This document shows positions 46,939 to 59,700 of a stretch of DNA of 64,000 nt, piece after piece (position 1 is the stretch's first letter; every line of letters starts with the position of its first letter). The DNA is from Bacteroidales bacterium (GTDB taxonomy: Bacteria; Bacteroidota; Bacteroidia; Bacteroidales; UBA1715). Under the pieces are notes generated by a model. That model was not told the DNA's origin and made no database searches. It saw only the letters and a program-made list of their open reading frames with translations. The stretch is taken from positions 8,052 to 72,051 of the forward strand of contig JAZRVS010000183.1 of assembly GCA_045599365.1 (NCBI GenBank), read 5' to 3'. Position numbers and translations under genes: made by a program.

Positions 46939-48822
46939 GTGGAAAAACTACTTGATAATATTAAATACCCCGCGGATTTACGTGCTTTGAGTATTGAGCA
47001 ATTACCCCAAGTTTGTAAAGAATTGCGTGAATTTATTATTGATGAAAGTAGTAAAAATCCTGGTCATTTTGGAGCGAGTTTAGGTACAGTAGAACTAACT
47101 GTTGCATTGCATTACGCATTTAACACTCCTGATGATAGAATTATTTGGGATGTTGGTCACCAAGCGTATGGACACAAAATTCTAACAGGGAGAAAAAATT
47201 CTTTTTCTACGAATAGAAAATTTGGTGGGCTTTCTGGATTTCCTAACCCACAAGAAAGCGAATACGATAGTTTTATTGCTGGACACGCATCAATTTCCAT
47301 TTCGGCAGCAACTGGAATGGCATTGGCAGCAAAGTCAAAAGGGGAAAATAGAAACATTGTAGCTGTTATCGGTGATGGGGCATTAACAGGTGGAGAAGCA
47401 TTTGAAGCACTTGATTATGCTGGAGGAAGTAAATCAAATATTCTTGTTATTTTGAACGATAATGATATGGCTATTGATGCAAATGTTGGTGGGCTACATC
47501 AATATCTTATTGACATTATCACGTCTCAGACATACAACAATCTACGAAACAAGACGTGGAATTTTTCACAAAGATTAGGAAACATAGGTTCTTACATTCG
47601 CTCTATTTTCAAAAGGATAGGACATGGTCTAAAATCCCTTTTTTTCAAAGAAAGTAACCTTTTTGAATCACTTGGATTCCGATATTTTGGTCCAATTGAT
47701 GGACACAATGTGTTTCAATTAACACGGACCCTACAAGACATTCAAAAAATTAATGGTCCAAAAATTTTACATATTCATACACAAAAAGGAAAAGGATTCG
47801 AACCTGCGGAAAAAGAGCAAACGGAATGGCACGCACCTCGTAAATTTGACAAAGAAACAGGCGAAATGATTCCTTTGCCCGACAAAGACACTATTCCTCC
47901 AAAATATCAAGAAGTTTTTGGAGAAACATTGTTGGAATTAGCGGAAAAAGACGAACGCGTAGTTGGTGTTACACCTGCAATGGCAACAGGTTGTTCAATG
48001 AATATTTTGATGAAAGCAATGCCAGAACGGGCATTTGATGTGGGAATTGCAGAACAACATGCAGTAACAATGTCGGCAGGATTAGCAAAAGAGGGAATGA
48101 TTCCTTTTTGCAACATCTATTCAACATTTATGCAACGAGCATACGACCAAGTAATTCACGATGTTGCACTCCAAAATTTACACGTAATATTTTGTCTTGA
48201 TAGAGCAGGTTTAGTTGGTGCCGATGGAGTAACTCATCACGGTATGTTTGATATTCCTTTTATGCGAGCAATCCCACATATATCCATTTGTTCTCCTCTC
48301 AACGAAATGGAATTGCGAAATATGATGTTTACAGCATATTCAACACCTCAACCATTTGCAATTCGCTATCCTCGCGGGAATGGAAATTTCATATCATGGC
48401 ACAATGAGTTACAATTATTACCAATTGGAAAGGGCGAATGTATTAAAAATGGTGAAAATATCGCCATTCTATCGTTTGGACCAATTGGAAATCAAGCGAT
48501 TAAAGCTGTTGATATTTTCTACACAGAAACTGGGAAATCAGTTGCAATTTACAATATGCGTTGGGTAAAACCACTTGACGTAGAATTACTTACAGAAATC
48601 TCGAAAACATTCAAGACAATCATAACCGTGGAAGATGGCATTTTAAATGGTGGTTTTGGTTCTGCAGTATTGGAAGCGTTACAAGATATTGATTTTCAAG
48701 GAAAAGTTGTTAGATTAGGAATAAATGATACCTTTGTAACTCACGGATCGCAAAATGAGCTATATAAATTATGTGGCTATGACTGTGATGGTATATTACA
48801 AACAATTAAACAAAACATATAA
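46939..48822 (+). CDS. dxs: 1-deoxy-D-xylulose-5-phosphate synthase
   Basis: GHFGASLG, DVGHQAY.HK, the IGDGALTGG ThDP motif, and a transketolase-like C-terminal half. The tracked ORF has a GTG start. Confidence 0.95.
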   Translation: MEKLLDNIKYPADLRALSIEQLPQVCKELREFIIDESSKNPGHFGASLGTVELTVALHYAFNTPDDRIIWDVGHQAYGHKILTGRKNSFSTNRKFGGLSGFPNPQESEYDSFIAGHASISISAATGMALAAKSKGENRNIVAVIGDGALTGGEAFEALDYAGGSKSNILVILNDNDMAIDANVGGLHQYLIDIITSQTYNNLRNKTWNFSQRLGNIGSYIRSIFKRIGHGLKSLFFKESNLFESLGFRYFGPIDGHNVFQLTRTLQDIQKINGPKILHIHTQKGKGFEPAEKEQTEWHAPRKFDKETGEMIPLPDKDTIPPKYQEVFGETLLELAEKDERVVGVTPAMATGCSMNILMKAMPERAFDVGIAEQHAVTMSAGLAKEGMIPFCNIYSTFMQRAYDQVIHDVALQNLHVIFCLDRAGLVGADGVTHHGMFDIPFMRAIPHISICSPLNEMELRNMMFTAYSTPQPFAIRYPRGNGNFISWHNELQLLPIGKGECIKNGENIAILSFGPIGNQAIKAVDIFYTETGKSVAIYNMRWVKPLDVELLTEISKTFKTIITVEDGILNGGFGSAVLEALQDIDFQGKVVRLGINDTFVTHGSQNELYKLCGYDCDGILQTIKQNI

Positions 48823-48843
48823 CAACAATTAAAAAACAAGTCT

Positions 48844-49242
48844 ATGAAAAAGTTATTCTTAATTTTTGTTTCGATGTTGGCAATGTTAACTACACAAGCG
48901 CAAATTACAGCAGGTGAGAGTATTCGACCTCCAGAAGACTTAGAAATTGGAAATCCATTGGGAACAATTGCCGTTGAAGAAGTTTTCACCGAAGACAGTC
49001 TAGATTGCGAATTCACGTGTGTAGTTATTCCAGAGTCAAATGCAATCCGTTTAACTGCAACAAATCCAAAGGGAATGTATTTAGTATTTCGACGTGGTTA
49101 CACGAAACTTTACACTCGCGATTTTGATGACAACGTAATCTTCCTTGACATAAAAGGAACATTTGATGGCAAATACATCATTGACATTTTTGACAAAGAC
49201 AAAATAAGGGTTAAATCGTATGTCATCGAACGTAAATTATAG
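48844..49242 (+). CDS. Small secreted hypothetical protein
   Basis: Signal peptide MKKLFLIFVSMLAMLTTQAQ. 132 aa. Confidence 0.5.
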   Translation: MKKLFLIFVSMLAMLTTQAQITAGESIRPPEDLEIGNPLGTIAVEEVFTEDSLDCEFTCVVIPESNAIRLTATNPKGMYLVFRRGYTKLYTRDFDDNVIFLDIKGTFDGKYIIDIFDKDKIRVKSYVIERKL

Positions 49243-49771
49243 AAAACTACAAACAGAAGAATTGCAACGTATTTCTGTTGACGAGTACAAACAATCATCA
49301 AAACATCCTATTGTTGTCGTTCTTGATAACATTCGTAGCGCAAGCAACGTTGGGTCTGCTTTTCGTACAGGAGATTCGTTACGAATAGAAGCCGTATATC
49401 TTTGTGGCATTACATGCGTGCCACCAAATAAAGAATTACAAAAAACAGCTCTTGGCGCGCAACTTTCCGTTGATTGGAAATATTTCAACGAAACTAAAGA
49501 AGCCTTAACAGAATTAAAATCATTAGGTTACGAAATCGTTTCTGTTGAACAAGCCGAAAATAGCACTATGTTGCAAAATTTTACGGTTGAAAAAAATAAG
49601 AAATACGCTTTCGTTTTTGGAAACGAAGTTCATGGCGTTGCAGACGATGTAATTGCAGAAAGCGATGTTTGTCTTGAAATTCCTCAATATGGGACAAAAC
49701 ATTCCTTTAATGTCTCGGTCACGTGCGGTATCATTTTGTGGGAAGCTGTTAAACAAATGGAATTCAAATAA
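49220..49771 (+). CDS. TrmH/SpoU-family RNA 2'-O-methyltransferase
   Basis: LDNIRSASNVGSAFRT, FGNEVHGV and IPQYGTKHSFNVS motifs. Confidence 0.8.
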   Translation: MSSNVNYRKLQTEELQRISVDEYKQSSKHPIVVVLDNIRSASNVGSAFRTGDSLRIEAVYLCGITCVPPNKELQKTALGAQLSVDWKYFNETKEALTELKSLGYEIVSVEQAENSTMLQNFTVEKNKKYAFVFGNEVHGVADDVIAESDVCLEIPQYGTKHSFNVSVTCGIILWEAVKQMEFK

Positions 49772-49795
49772 CCTCATTCCCGATTAAAATAATTA

Positions 49796-51694
49796 ATGAA
49801 AATTTTCATTTCAAATATTGTGCTCCTTATTAAGCGATTGCTTTTTTTAATGGCAATATACACGCTTTGTAGGATATATTTCTTGATTTGCAATCTTTCA
49901 AGTTTTCAACCAATTGAATTAAAAGAAGTTACTAATTCTTTTATCTATGGATTACGATTTGATTTTGCTGCACTATTTTTCCTTAATGTAATCTTTTATC
50001 CATTTCACTTTTTTGCATTCCAATTCGTTGAAAATCAGAAATATCAAAATGTATTACGACAAGTTGCTATCATTTTAAACGCATTGGGTTTATTACTCAA
50101 CATTATTGATACTGGATATTTTGGATTTCAAAATTGCCGAAGTGGCGCAGATTTCATTACCAATATATTATTCTCTGATGACACAGTAAATCTTCTACCA
50201 CAGTATATTTGTGACTATTGGTATCATTTATTGTTTTTTGTTTTTTTGATATTCATTTTGGAGAAATGGTTTCCACGATACAAATCATTATCTATTGAGA
50301 ATCAAAGATTTGTAGTATTAAAATGTACAATTATCGCAATCATACTATCTGTCGGGAGTTTCTTTTTGTATAGAGGTTTTGAAGTGAAACCGCTAAGTGT
50401 TATAGATGCAGCAAAATTTTCGACAGCGAAATATTCTTCACTTACACTCAATACGCCATTTACAATCGTTAGAACAATTGGGAAAAATGGCATTCTACTT
50501 CGATCATATTTTGACGATGAAACCGCAAAAAAACTTTATTCAGCGCAACGTCAATACCAATTTGCAGATGATGAATTTACGCGCAAAAATGTAGTAATTC
50601 TTTTATTAGAAGGATTTTCTCACCGAAGCATTGGAGCGTTGCACACAACAGAAAAAGGATATACACCTTTTTTAGATAGCATTATTTCAAAAAGTTATAG
50701 TTTCACCAATGCCTTTGCAAATGGGACAAAATCAATTCAAGCTTTACCTTCAATATTATCATCTATACCACAATTGTGCGATGAAACTATTATCGGGTCT
50801 TGATACGCAGCAAACAAAGTTGATGCACTACCTTTACTTCTAAAGAATGAAGGTTATAAAACAGCTTTCTTCCATGGCGCTTTCAATGGTTCTATGGGAT
50901 TTGATAAATATTGTCAGACTATTGGTTTTGACCAATATTACGGAATGAATGAATTTTTAGAATCACATTCGAAAAGCGGCAACTACGATAGTGATTGGGG
51001 GATTTTCGATGATAGATTTTTGTCATACACAAAGACTCAATTGGATTCTTTTTCGCAACCATTTTTTGCAACAATTTTTACCATCTCATCGCATCATCCT
51101 TATGTTCTTCCAGAGGAATATAGGGACAGATTTAACGAAAAAAGGCCAGAACTCAATGCACTTCGATACGCAGATTTGTCATTGCAATTGTTCTTTGAAA
51201 ATGCTCAAAAATCCGCTTGGTACAACAATACCATCTTTGTATTTGTTGCCGATCACACAGTACCATACGCTTTTGATCCTGATATTACCCAAGAATACAT
51301 TTCTCCTATAGATAGACGAAAAATTCCTCTAATCTTTTATATGCCAAACGATACCAGTTTTAAAGCAAAAGATGACAGAATTGTACAACAAATTGACATA
51401 GTCCCAAGTATATTGTATCAACTTCGCTACAACAAACCATTTATTGCTTTTGGTGAAAATGTATTTGATAATTCAAAATCACGAGCAATCTATTACAATT
51501 CTGGAACATACACATATATTGACTCAACATCTGTTGTTGAATTTGACGGGGAAACAGTTTCAAATTGCTACAAAATTTTGGAAAAATCCAGTCAAAAAAC
51601 TTCTGCAACCGATAATCAGTTATATCACCTAAAAGCGTTATTACAAGACTATTCGCAACGAATGAACTTCAATAAAACGAGTTTTTCAGAATGA
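49796..51694 (+). pseudogene. LtaS/sulfatase-family (alkaline-phosphatase superfamily) membrane protein interrupted by one in-frame TGA at 50801..50803
   Basis: ORFs 49796..50803 and 50894..51694 are in the same frame. The 30 codons between them (YAANKVDALPLLLKNEGYKTAFFHGAFNGS) are open and continue the sulfatase domain, which starts at NVVILLLEGFS. Confidence 0.6.
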
Positions 51695-52674
51695 TAGATG
51701 ACACAAAAATTGAACAACTCAGAATCATTCGAAAACAAAACAATGATTTTGCTTGGTTGGTGAGCGACTTTCTCAACAATTGTCCCGATGCTATTACTCC
51801 AGAACTCATCAAGGAAGTCAACGAAGATGGTTTTATTCCCGATGAAAAGCTTTGTAAATGTCTGCTAACTGGCTTTTTTGATTTACAGCCAGAGACAAAA
51901 GAAGATGATACAATTCTTATTAATGAATATCTCAATAAGTCAATCAAGAAACTAAATCCAATAGAATATTATCATAATCCATATTTTCATAACATTCACA
52001 TTCCCGATGTTCCATTCCAAAATTGGGAACTAACGCACACCACTTACAAACCATACGAATTATTTGTATGTAATGATATTATTCTTACAAAAGATTTTAG
52101 AGAAATTCCTCAACTTGGATTTTTCACGGAGCCATTTACATTCCCTGCGGTCCACGAAAATGGGAGGGAATGGATGGCAATAAAACCAAACGAAATTGAA
52201 ACAATGAGATTGGCAATTAGTAGAGTTTCTGGAAATGTTATCACATTTGGGTTGGGCTTGGGATATTTTGCCTATATAGTTTCCATGAAAGATGATGTCC
52301 AATCAATCACAATTGTTGAACGAGATAAAAATGTAATATCACTTTTTGAAACATTCATTTTACCTCAATTTGAACATCCTGAAAAAGTTTCCATTATTTG
52401 TTCTGACGCATTTCTATTTATGGAACAAGAAATGCCAAAATTATCTTTCAACTTCGCATTTGTTGATTTGTGGCACGATACACAAGATGGCTTGCCGCTT
52501 TATTTACGTTCTAAAGAATTGGAAAAAACGAATGCTCAAACAACATTTTTATATTGGATAGAAGATTCTCTTCATTCTGCATACCGTTGGAATAATTTTG
52601 ATTCAATTATAAATAAATCAAAAAGTTACGAAGAGGTTTGTGATAGATTAAGAAACGTGAAAGATATTAACTGA
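51691..52674 (+). CDS. Hypothetical protein, possibly a spermidine-synthase-like / class I SAM-methyltransferase fold
   Basis: VITFGLGLGYFA...ITIVERD...FAFVDLW resembles Rossmann-MTase motifs I, II and IV. There is a 4-nt overlap with the upstream gene. Confidence 0.35.
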   Translation: MIDDTKIEQLRIIRKQNNDFAWLVSDFLNNCPDAITPELIKEVNEDGFIPDEKLCKCLLTGFFDLQPETKEDDTILINEYLNKSIKKLNPIEYYHNPYFHNIHIPDVPFQNWELTHTTYKPYELFVCNDIILTKDFREIPQLGFFTEPFTFPAVHENGREWMAIKPNEIETMRLAISRVSGNVITFGLGLGYFAYIVSMKDDVQSITIVERDKNVISLFETFILPQFEHPEKVSIICSDAFLFMEQEMPKLSFNFAFVDLWHDTQDGLPLYLRSKELEKTNAQTTFLYWIEDSLHSAYRWNNFDSIINKSKSYEEVCDRLRNVKDIN

Positions 52675-52685
52675 CAAATTATATC

Positions 52686-52720
52686 AAAAAAAAAGAGACG
52701 AAGCACGTACGCTCCGTCTC
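52686..52720 (-). terminator. Rho-independent terminator of the TP-linker lipoprotein gene
   Basis: The minus strand shows a gagacggagc...gcttcgtctc hairpin followed by ttttttttt. Confidence 0.65.
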
Positions 52721-52746
52721 TACGATTCAAACAAATATAAATCCTC

Positions 52747-53703
52747 TTATTTTTTGTCTTCGTAAGTCAAATATACCTTTTTCAAGACCAAAGTACCAGC
52801 TGTTGCTCTCATTATCATTATTTGACCAATTTTATCTTTATCGAATGGTTCGTACATTTCATTAAAATCCAATGTTACAGATGTATCTCTTATTTCCGCA
52901 ACAGCTTTACCTTGAGCCAAATCTGCTTCATCAATAGTTCCATCTGTCAATTGTTGAGCCCATAATTGAACTTGGCAATCCGTTTCTTCAAATTCAAGAG
53001 TTATACTCTTGTAATCAGTAACATCAAGACCAGTCCCCCACCAAGCCCAGCCTTCGCCTGTCCAATCTTCATTAAACGTAATTGTTTTTGTTGCAGCATC
53101 GTATGACGATGCTCCCCAATTGAATGCTATACCATCAAGTGTTATTGTTGTTTCATCAATAGTAACACCTGGATCACGGTAATTTGGATCAACGCAAGTA
53201 TATGACAATTCTATATCGAATGTTTTATCGAAATATTTTTCAAAATCATCAACAACGAAAAGACATAGACATGGTTTCACCACAGTAGAAGATAGTTTAT
53301 ACGAAACAGTTCCGCTAACCTTACCTTCTTTTACAACTAATCTTTGTTGATAATCGTTATTTATCACATTCCAACCTGGTTCTCCGAAATCATCAGCAAC
53401 AGTATCAACAATACAAACCGATACATTTCCATCAGGAGCATCGGTTGTTCCATTGACTGTTATAGTGAAATTATACCCTTTAGGAGCACTTTCAGAAAGA
53501 GTAAAAGCAGCAAAACCCTGAGCATTTTCGCCACCATCAAATTTGTTGTCAATCAACTTAATAGAAATTTGTTCCGATGAAGGAGTTGGCGTAGGAGTTG
53601 GTGTTGGTGTAGGATCTGGAGTTGGAGTGTTATCATCATCTTTAGAACAACCAACCATTGCGCACAACGACGCACTAAGCAAAAAGTAAAGTAATTTTTT
53701 CAT
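52747..53703 (-). CDS. Lipoprotein with a (Thr-Pro)n linker and beta-rich, possibly carbohydrate-binding-like domains
   Basis: Lipobox AMVGCSKDDDN, then the linker TPTPDPTPTPTPTPTP. 318 aa. It lies directly downstream of the giant adhesin gene. Confidence 0.55.
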   Translation of the reverse strand: MKKLLYFLLSASLCAMVGCSKDDDNTPTPDPTPTPTPTPTPSSEQISIKLIDNKFDGGENAQGFAAFTLSESAPKGYNFTITVNGTTDAPDGNVSVCIVDTVADDFGEPGWNVINNDYQQRLVVKEGKVSGTVSYKLSSTVVKPCLCLFVVDDFEKYFDKTFDIELSYTCVDPNYRDPGVTIDETTITLDGIAFNWGASSYDAATKTITFNEDWTGEGWAWWGTGLDVTDYKSITLEFEETDCQVQLWAQQLTDGTIDEADLAQGKAVAEIRDTSVTLDFNEMYEPFDKDKIGQIMIMRATAGTLVLKKVYLTYEDKK

Positions 53704-53796
53704 TTTTTTTATTTTTAAGGTTACTATGCAAATATAACATACTTACGGTAAAAAGAGTTGCCAAGCTAAGATTTTTAAGATATAACAATACTTCTC

Positions 53797-56700
53797 TTAT
53801 CGAATTAACGTGACACTACCAAACTTTGTTTTTTTATTGTTCCCCGCATCAAAACCTTCCCACGTTTGACCATCAAGGAAAGTCGCTTCCATTTTCCAAA
53901 TGTACACATCGGACTGCATCATCTTTCCATCATAGGTTCCATCCCACATACCAACGAACATTCCGTCTTTTACTTCGTTTGAGAACCACAACAAATTCCC
54001 CCATTTGTCATACACCGAAATCTCACATGTTTTCAAATTATAACCTTTCGGACCAAATTGTCTTACGGTGTGTGCTGGATTTGTTGGAGAAAAAGCAGTT
54101 GGAACGAACAACGAAGATGTTACATTCACAAAAATACATTCATTATTCACATCAGTGCAACCATACGTATTTACAACTGTTAATGTTGGGCAATTGTATC
54201 CATAGGTGTAATTTCCAACTACAAACGGATAATAGCGATGTTCAAAATCGACAATTGTATCCACTATTGTTGGATCTTCACCTTGATAACCATAGTTCCA
54301 TTCCATTGTGTACATAATTGGTTCTGCGACTAATTCACCATCATCATTTTTGTACCATAAACTATCCTGAATTGTTGCATCAGTCAACTCTATTTTATTT
54401 GATGCACCTGGTAAATCCATTGTAAATGATGCTTTGGGAACTGGAGCAACACGAACGACCAATGTGTCGAATCCCTCGCAACCTGCCCATGTTTGTTCAT
54501 AAACCATTATGGTATCAATTCCAGCATTCAACCAATCAACATATCGCACTGACGTTGAAGACATATCTTTTGCATAATTTAAATTACCTCCCGTCACATT
54601 CCACATATAATTGCTGCCTTTCGTATATTGGGTATAATATTGTTCTGTCGCACTGACACACACTGAGTCAACGCCAAACAATTTCGTTTGAGCAGCAGGA
54701 GCAACTGTCATAGAAATGGTATCGTGTAAACTTTCGCAACCAAGATTGTTTTCCGTATCATATACGTCTCTATCGTAAATTTCAAATAAATACATTCCTG
54801 TATCGAGATCTTGCGTTTCAAATTTATATTTCGTTCCCTCATAAAATGTCGGTTTAACGCCCGAAAGACTTTGCCATACCATATTTGGACTTCCCAAAGC
54901 ACGTAAATCTTTTATCTCTGCTCCCTTACATATCACATTAGAAAATACTATTGGTGTTCTTGCTCGTTTTTTTACCTCATACGATATTGTTTTCACTTGA
55001 GAATTACAAGACACATTATCGTATTTATATCTATAAAACGCTGAAATCGTATACGTTCCAGTTTCTGAAATTACATCAACTGGTTGTATATTATGTTCCA
55101 TATTATCTACCAAAGCTACAGAGTTTCTCCCTTTTTCAATGTTCCAACCGATATATGAATTTTCTGTAATTGGAGGTTCAAAATCCATTGCTTGTATTAC
55201 CCTAATAGAATCATAAACACAAGCAATTATGTCCTCACCTATAGAAAAATTAGGCTGAGGAATTACATTTAATACAACTGGAACTATTTCGCTCAAACAG
55301 CCATTTTGTTCACGTTGCACGTACATAGTAAGCGAAGCATCTATTTGAGATTCCACTGGTGTATAATGATAACCCGTTGTTAAATACATTGTTGCATTAT
55401 TATCGGCATACCATTTATCAATATTCAAATTTGTTTCAAGTGATGGTATCAATGTATCTCCTTGACACATACTTGCTCCTATTACTATCGGATTTGAAGG
55501 TTTTGAATTAACACTAAACGATATCGGAGTCATTTCACCCTCACATCCATCAACTGTTTGTGACGCATAAAAACGTTTCATTCCAATTGACATATCATCA
55601 ACGCTATACGACTCTCCTTCTCCTATTTTTGAAAGCTTATCTGAAGCATACCAAACAATGTTTTCGCCCGAAGCAGTCAATAATGGTGCTTCATCATATT
55701 CACAAATATTATTTTGAGGCAATACAACAGGTACGCTTGGTAAAGGTTTAATCAAATATGTTGTAAGTGTCTTAGGGCCCTCACAACCATCTACAATTTG
55801 TGATGCATAATAGCTATACGTTCCTATAAAAATTTCTTTTGAAGCATACACTTTATTTCCTCGAAGCAGTTCCGATGAATTATTATCATACCATACAATC
55901 ACAGCATTATTCTCTCCCTCGGCAGTAATCTCTTTAGGATTATCACCATAGCAAATTTCAGCTGATTGAGTTGTTGGCTCACCTGGAATTGGTTTCACCA
56001 TAAACGAAACTGAAGTACGTTTACTATAGCAACCATTTGCCAATTGCAAAGCCCACACCGTGTGTTCTCCAACTTCTTCTTCAGAAGGAACAAACGTCAT
56101 TCCAGAACCACATTCCACCGAAGTTGGTTCACCTTCTGCATCAGGATCATTTTCAAACCAAAGTACATCACCAGCAAAATTAGTAGCAATCATTGTTGGA
56201 TTCTCGTCTCCAAAGCATACCATACCTGATTGAATTGAAGATGAAATCGTTGGAACATCCGTTGTGATTTTTGTCAATTTAACTTTTACTCGTTGACTTT
56301 CACAACCTTCTTCATTTGACAATCCATTGAGAGGAATTGAATTATATTCAGTAACGAAATATGTTGTAACATCTGATGTTAATTCTGCTGGCTGATACAA
56401 ACCATCTGTTGAACTATATTCAGGAATTGATGCTGTTTCGCTTGTATAATAGTTGAAAGATGATAAACTTGCATTACGTTCAGACCAATCATTTGTTGTG
56501 GCAGAAAGAGTTGGAATATCTTCATAATCACACGCAGATTCATCACTGATTGTTACAGATGGTATAGGACAATCAACAATATGAACATTTGCAATCGCTG
56601 GTTCACTAAAACAGCCATCCTTCGTTTGTCGAGCATAATAATTTTTATTTACAAGCTTGTCATACGCATCACCTGTTGCCCAAAGAGATCCTTCTCCGAC

Positions 56701-59700
56701 AGCATTTGTAGTTGAATTATCTGTCGTAAACCATTTCAAATCGGCATAATCTGGAGCCGTAGCAGAAATCTTCACAGGATTTTTTTGAGATGTCATTCCA
56801 TAAAAATCAGTTGTAACAGGTTGAGACAAATATATTACAGAGATATTTCGAGAAGCCGTATTTTTACACGATTTTGCATCGGTATAAGAATAAGTAATAG
56901 TGTAATTTCCAGACATTTCTCCATTCGTTTGAGGGTAGAAAATACCAGAATTACTAATTGCAGAAGCATCTCCTGTGACAGACCATAATCCCGAACCCTC
57001 TCCATTGGTTCCATAATCAACTGTTACTGCAATTCTTTCCGATGGTGTTGTATAACAAACTACAGACTCATCTTGGTCAAATGTTATCTCTGGCAATTTG
57101 TAAACAATAGTCTTCACATCGGCAGGCACAGACCAACAATATTTTCCACTTGTTGGTTCGTATGCTTCGTATTGTACTTTATAAGAATACGTTCCATTTG
57201 TAGATACATTTGTTTGTTTATAAGAATCTGTTGTACTTACTATGGTATTATTTTCATCCAACCATTTCCACGACTGTATTGTTGCTTCTGCTGGAGCCGT
57301 AGCCGACATTGTTGTCATTGATTCCAAAGAATTCTGACAAGCCGTTGCATCTATTACAGTTTGAACGGTCCATGGACAATCTACAATAGTAACTTTAGAT
57401 TCAGCACGTTCGCTCACGCATTCTCCAATTTGTTTTTCAACCCAATACGATTTTGAAACTTCTATTGCTGGGTCATCGCTTGTTGTGAATAATTCGCCCT
57501 CAAAAATTTCAGATATTGCTGTTTTGCTTTCATACCAATTGAATGATGCACTTGATTCTACATCTGCCGAACTTACCGCAAGTTCTACTACTTTTGGATC
57601 AGTCAAAATTCCATTGAAATTAGTTGGATTTGGAGTTTCTACATATTCAATATGGAATGTTTTGTCTTCTTCATTTGTACACGATGTAGTTGCATTGGTG
57701 TATGTATATTTCAGTGAAAAATCACCATCTGCTGAATTATCCTTGAAATTTGGAGAAATAATTCCCGATGCAGAAATTCCATTAGTTTCACCTTCAATTT
57801 TCCACAAACCATTTGTTGCAGGTTGGCCATCAACAGTTGCTTTTACTTCGTATTCCGTACCATCATAACACAATATTGGAATATCCTCAATTTCTATTTT
57901 TGGAAGAGCATTTACTGTTATAGAAACATCTGCTTTAGGTCCAAAACAACGACCACCAGCGCCATCATCACCATCTTGTGATACGCTAAATTTATAAACC
58001 TTCGTATCCATATCTTTTGTTGATACGTAACCAGCAAGTGTCGAAATATCAAGTATTGCAGTCGTTCCTATCAATTGATTTGATTCATCATACCATTGAA
58101 AATTTGCTCCCGTTCCTTGCGCGTCTATTGTCGGCAATGGGTCTCCTGCACAAATCATTTTTGACTCAGGATTAGGTGCTACCGTTGGACATTCTACTAT
58201 ATTCCATTTTGAAATTGCCAAAGCAGAACAACCATTCAATGTTTGTTTTATCTCGTATTGATATTCTCCTTCTCCAGTTATTTCACTTGTCATCACAACA
58301 GGACTACTTGTTGCAATTTCTGTATTTGTTTCATCCTTAACGCTCAAAATTGCACCCAATCCACTTGCATAATCTATATCCATAACTGGTAAAGATTCCA
58401 ACTTCGTTGAACTCCATACTTGTGGTGTTCCTATTCCCGTCCCCTTTGGAGCAAGAACATGTGTTACCGTGAATGTTTCTTCAACTTCACTAACACATTC
58501 TTTCGTCGCACCCCACGTTTCAACTGTTGTAAGTTTCAATTTTGTGTCGGTAACACTTGTTTGAGTTGCATCAAAATAAACTGACCATTTGCTATTATCT
58601 GTTATAGTTCCATTTTCGGCAGATAAAATTGAAACAATTGCGCCACCAGTTGTTGGAGCATAACTCACAGCTATTTCACCTGTTGTACTACAAATACTAC
58701 CAGGATTTGTTATTGTTGGCACAGGACGAGCATGAACATCAATTATTACGGGCGTTGCTGCACTAAAACAGTGGTCTGCCTCATAGTATTCTGCCACATA
58801 CACTGTAATAGTTTTTTCTTCGGTAAATAACGATTTTACGATTGTAAATGTTGCACCAGAACCATTTGCCGATGATTGTGCTTCACTTAAAGAAGCAACT
58901 GTACCCGTTGGGATATCAAATCTATCCGTAAACCAACAAAAATTATCAGCACCTGTTTGGTTTGAGATTGCGGTAGCTTCTACATCACTATCGTCGTTCA
59001 CGCAGGCATGATATGAACTTCCCGTTGGGGCTTTTGCTACACAATCTGTGATTGTTAATGTAACTTCTTTGGGTGTACTTTGACAACCATTTTGCGTTTG
59101 CGTTGCGTATGCAGTATAAGTACCCACTTCCATTTTTCCATCACCATCTGGGATAAATGTTTCTATGTAACTTTCACCAGTTGATTTTACTGCTGATGAC
59201 GTATCATTTTCTGCGTACCATTTTATGTTATCTCCTATTGCCATCAATACAGGTACTTCGGTTTGATTAGTTACATCCAATTTAGAAGCGCTCGCAGGAA
59301 CTACCTCTGGTTGTTCGGTATGATGAACCAACAGTGTCATTGAGACTTCTTCTGCCGAACATTCGTTTGCATCGACATAATTATACGTAATAGTATTTGC
59401 CCCTTTTATTTGCGTACTTGGCGTAAATATTTTCCCACTAACTCCTGTTCCAGCAAACACGCCATCTGTTATTCCCGAACCATTTACTTTTGCAGTCAAG
59501 GTTATTGGTTGCGCATAATCGCAGATTTCTGTTGGATTTGCTGTAATATCCGATACTGGACGAGCATGTATTTCCACTTCTGTTTCTATTTCATCGCTAC
59601 AATTATTTCCATCTGTATATTGTAATTTTATACTATGTTTTCCAGCAATTTCATTTTCTGGCAAGAAAGAGCCCGATGTTGCTTGAATTCCAGTAAGAGT

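Noticed and set aside
14384-48822. dxr and dxs in one window as a possible MEP-pathway operon
   Set aside because: They are 31 kb apart on opposite strands with many unrelated genes between them, so the co-occurrence is coincidental.
50801-50803. Genome-wide TGA recoding (code 4 or 25) or selenocysteine
   Set aside because: TGA is used as an ordinary stop by several well-defined genes in this window. No SECIS-like hairpin is evident immediately downstream, and sulfatase-family proteins are not known selenoproteins.
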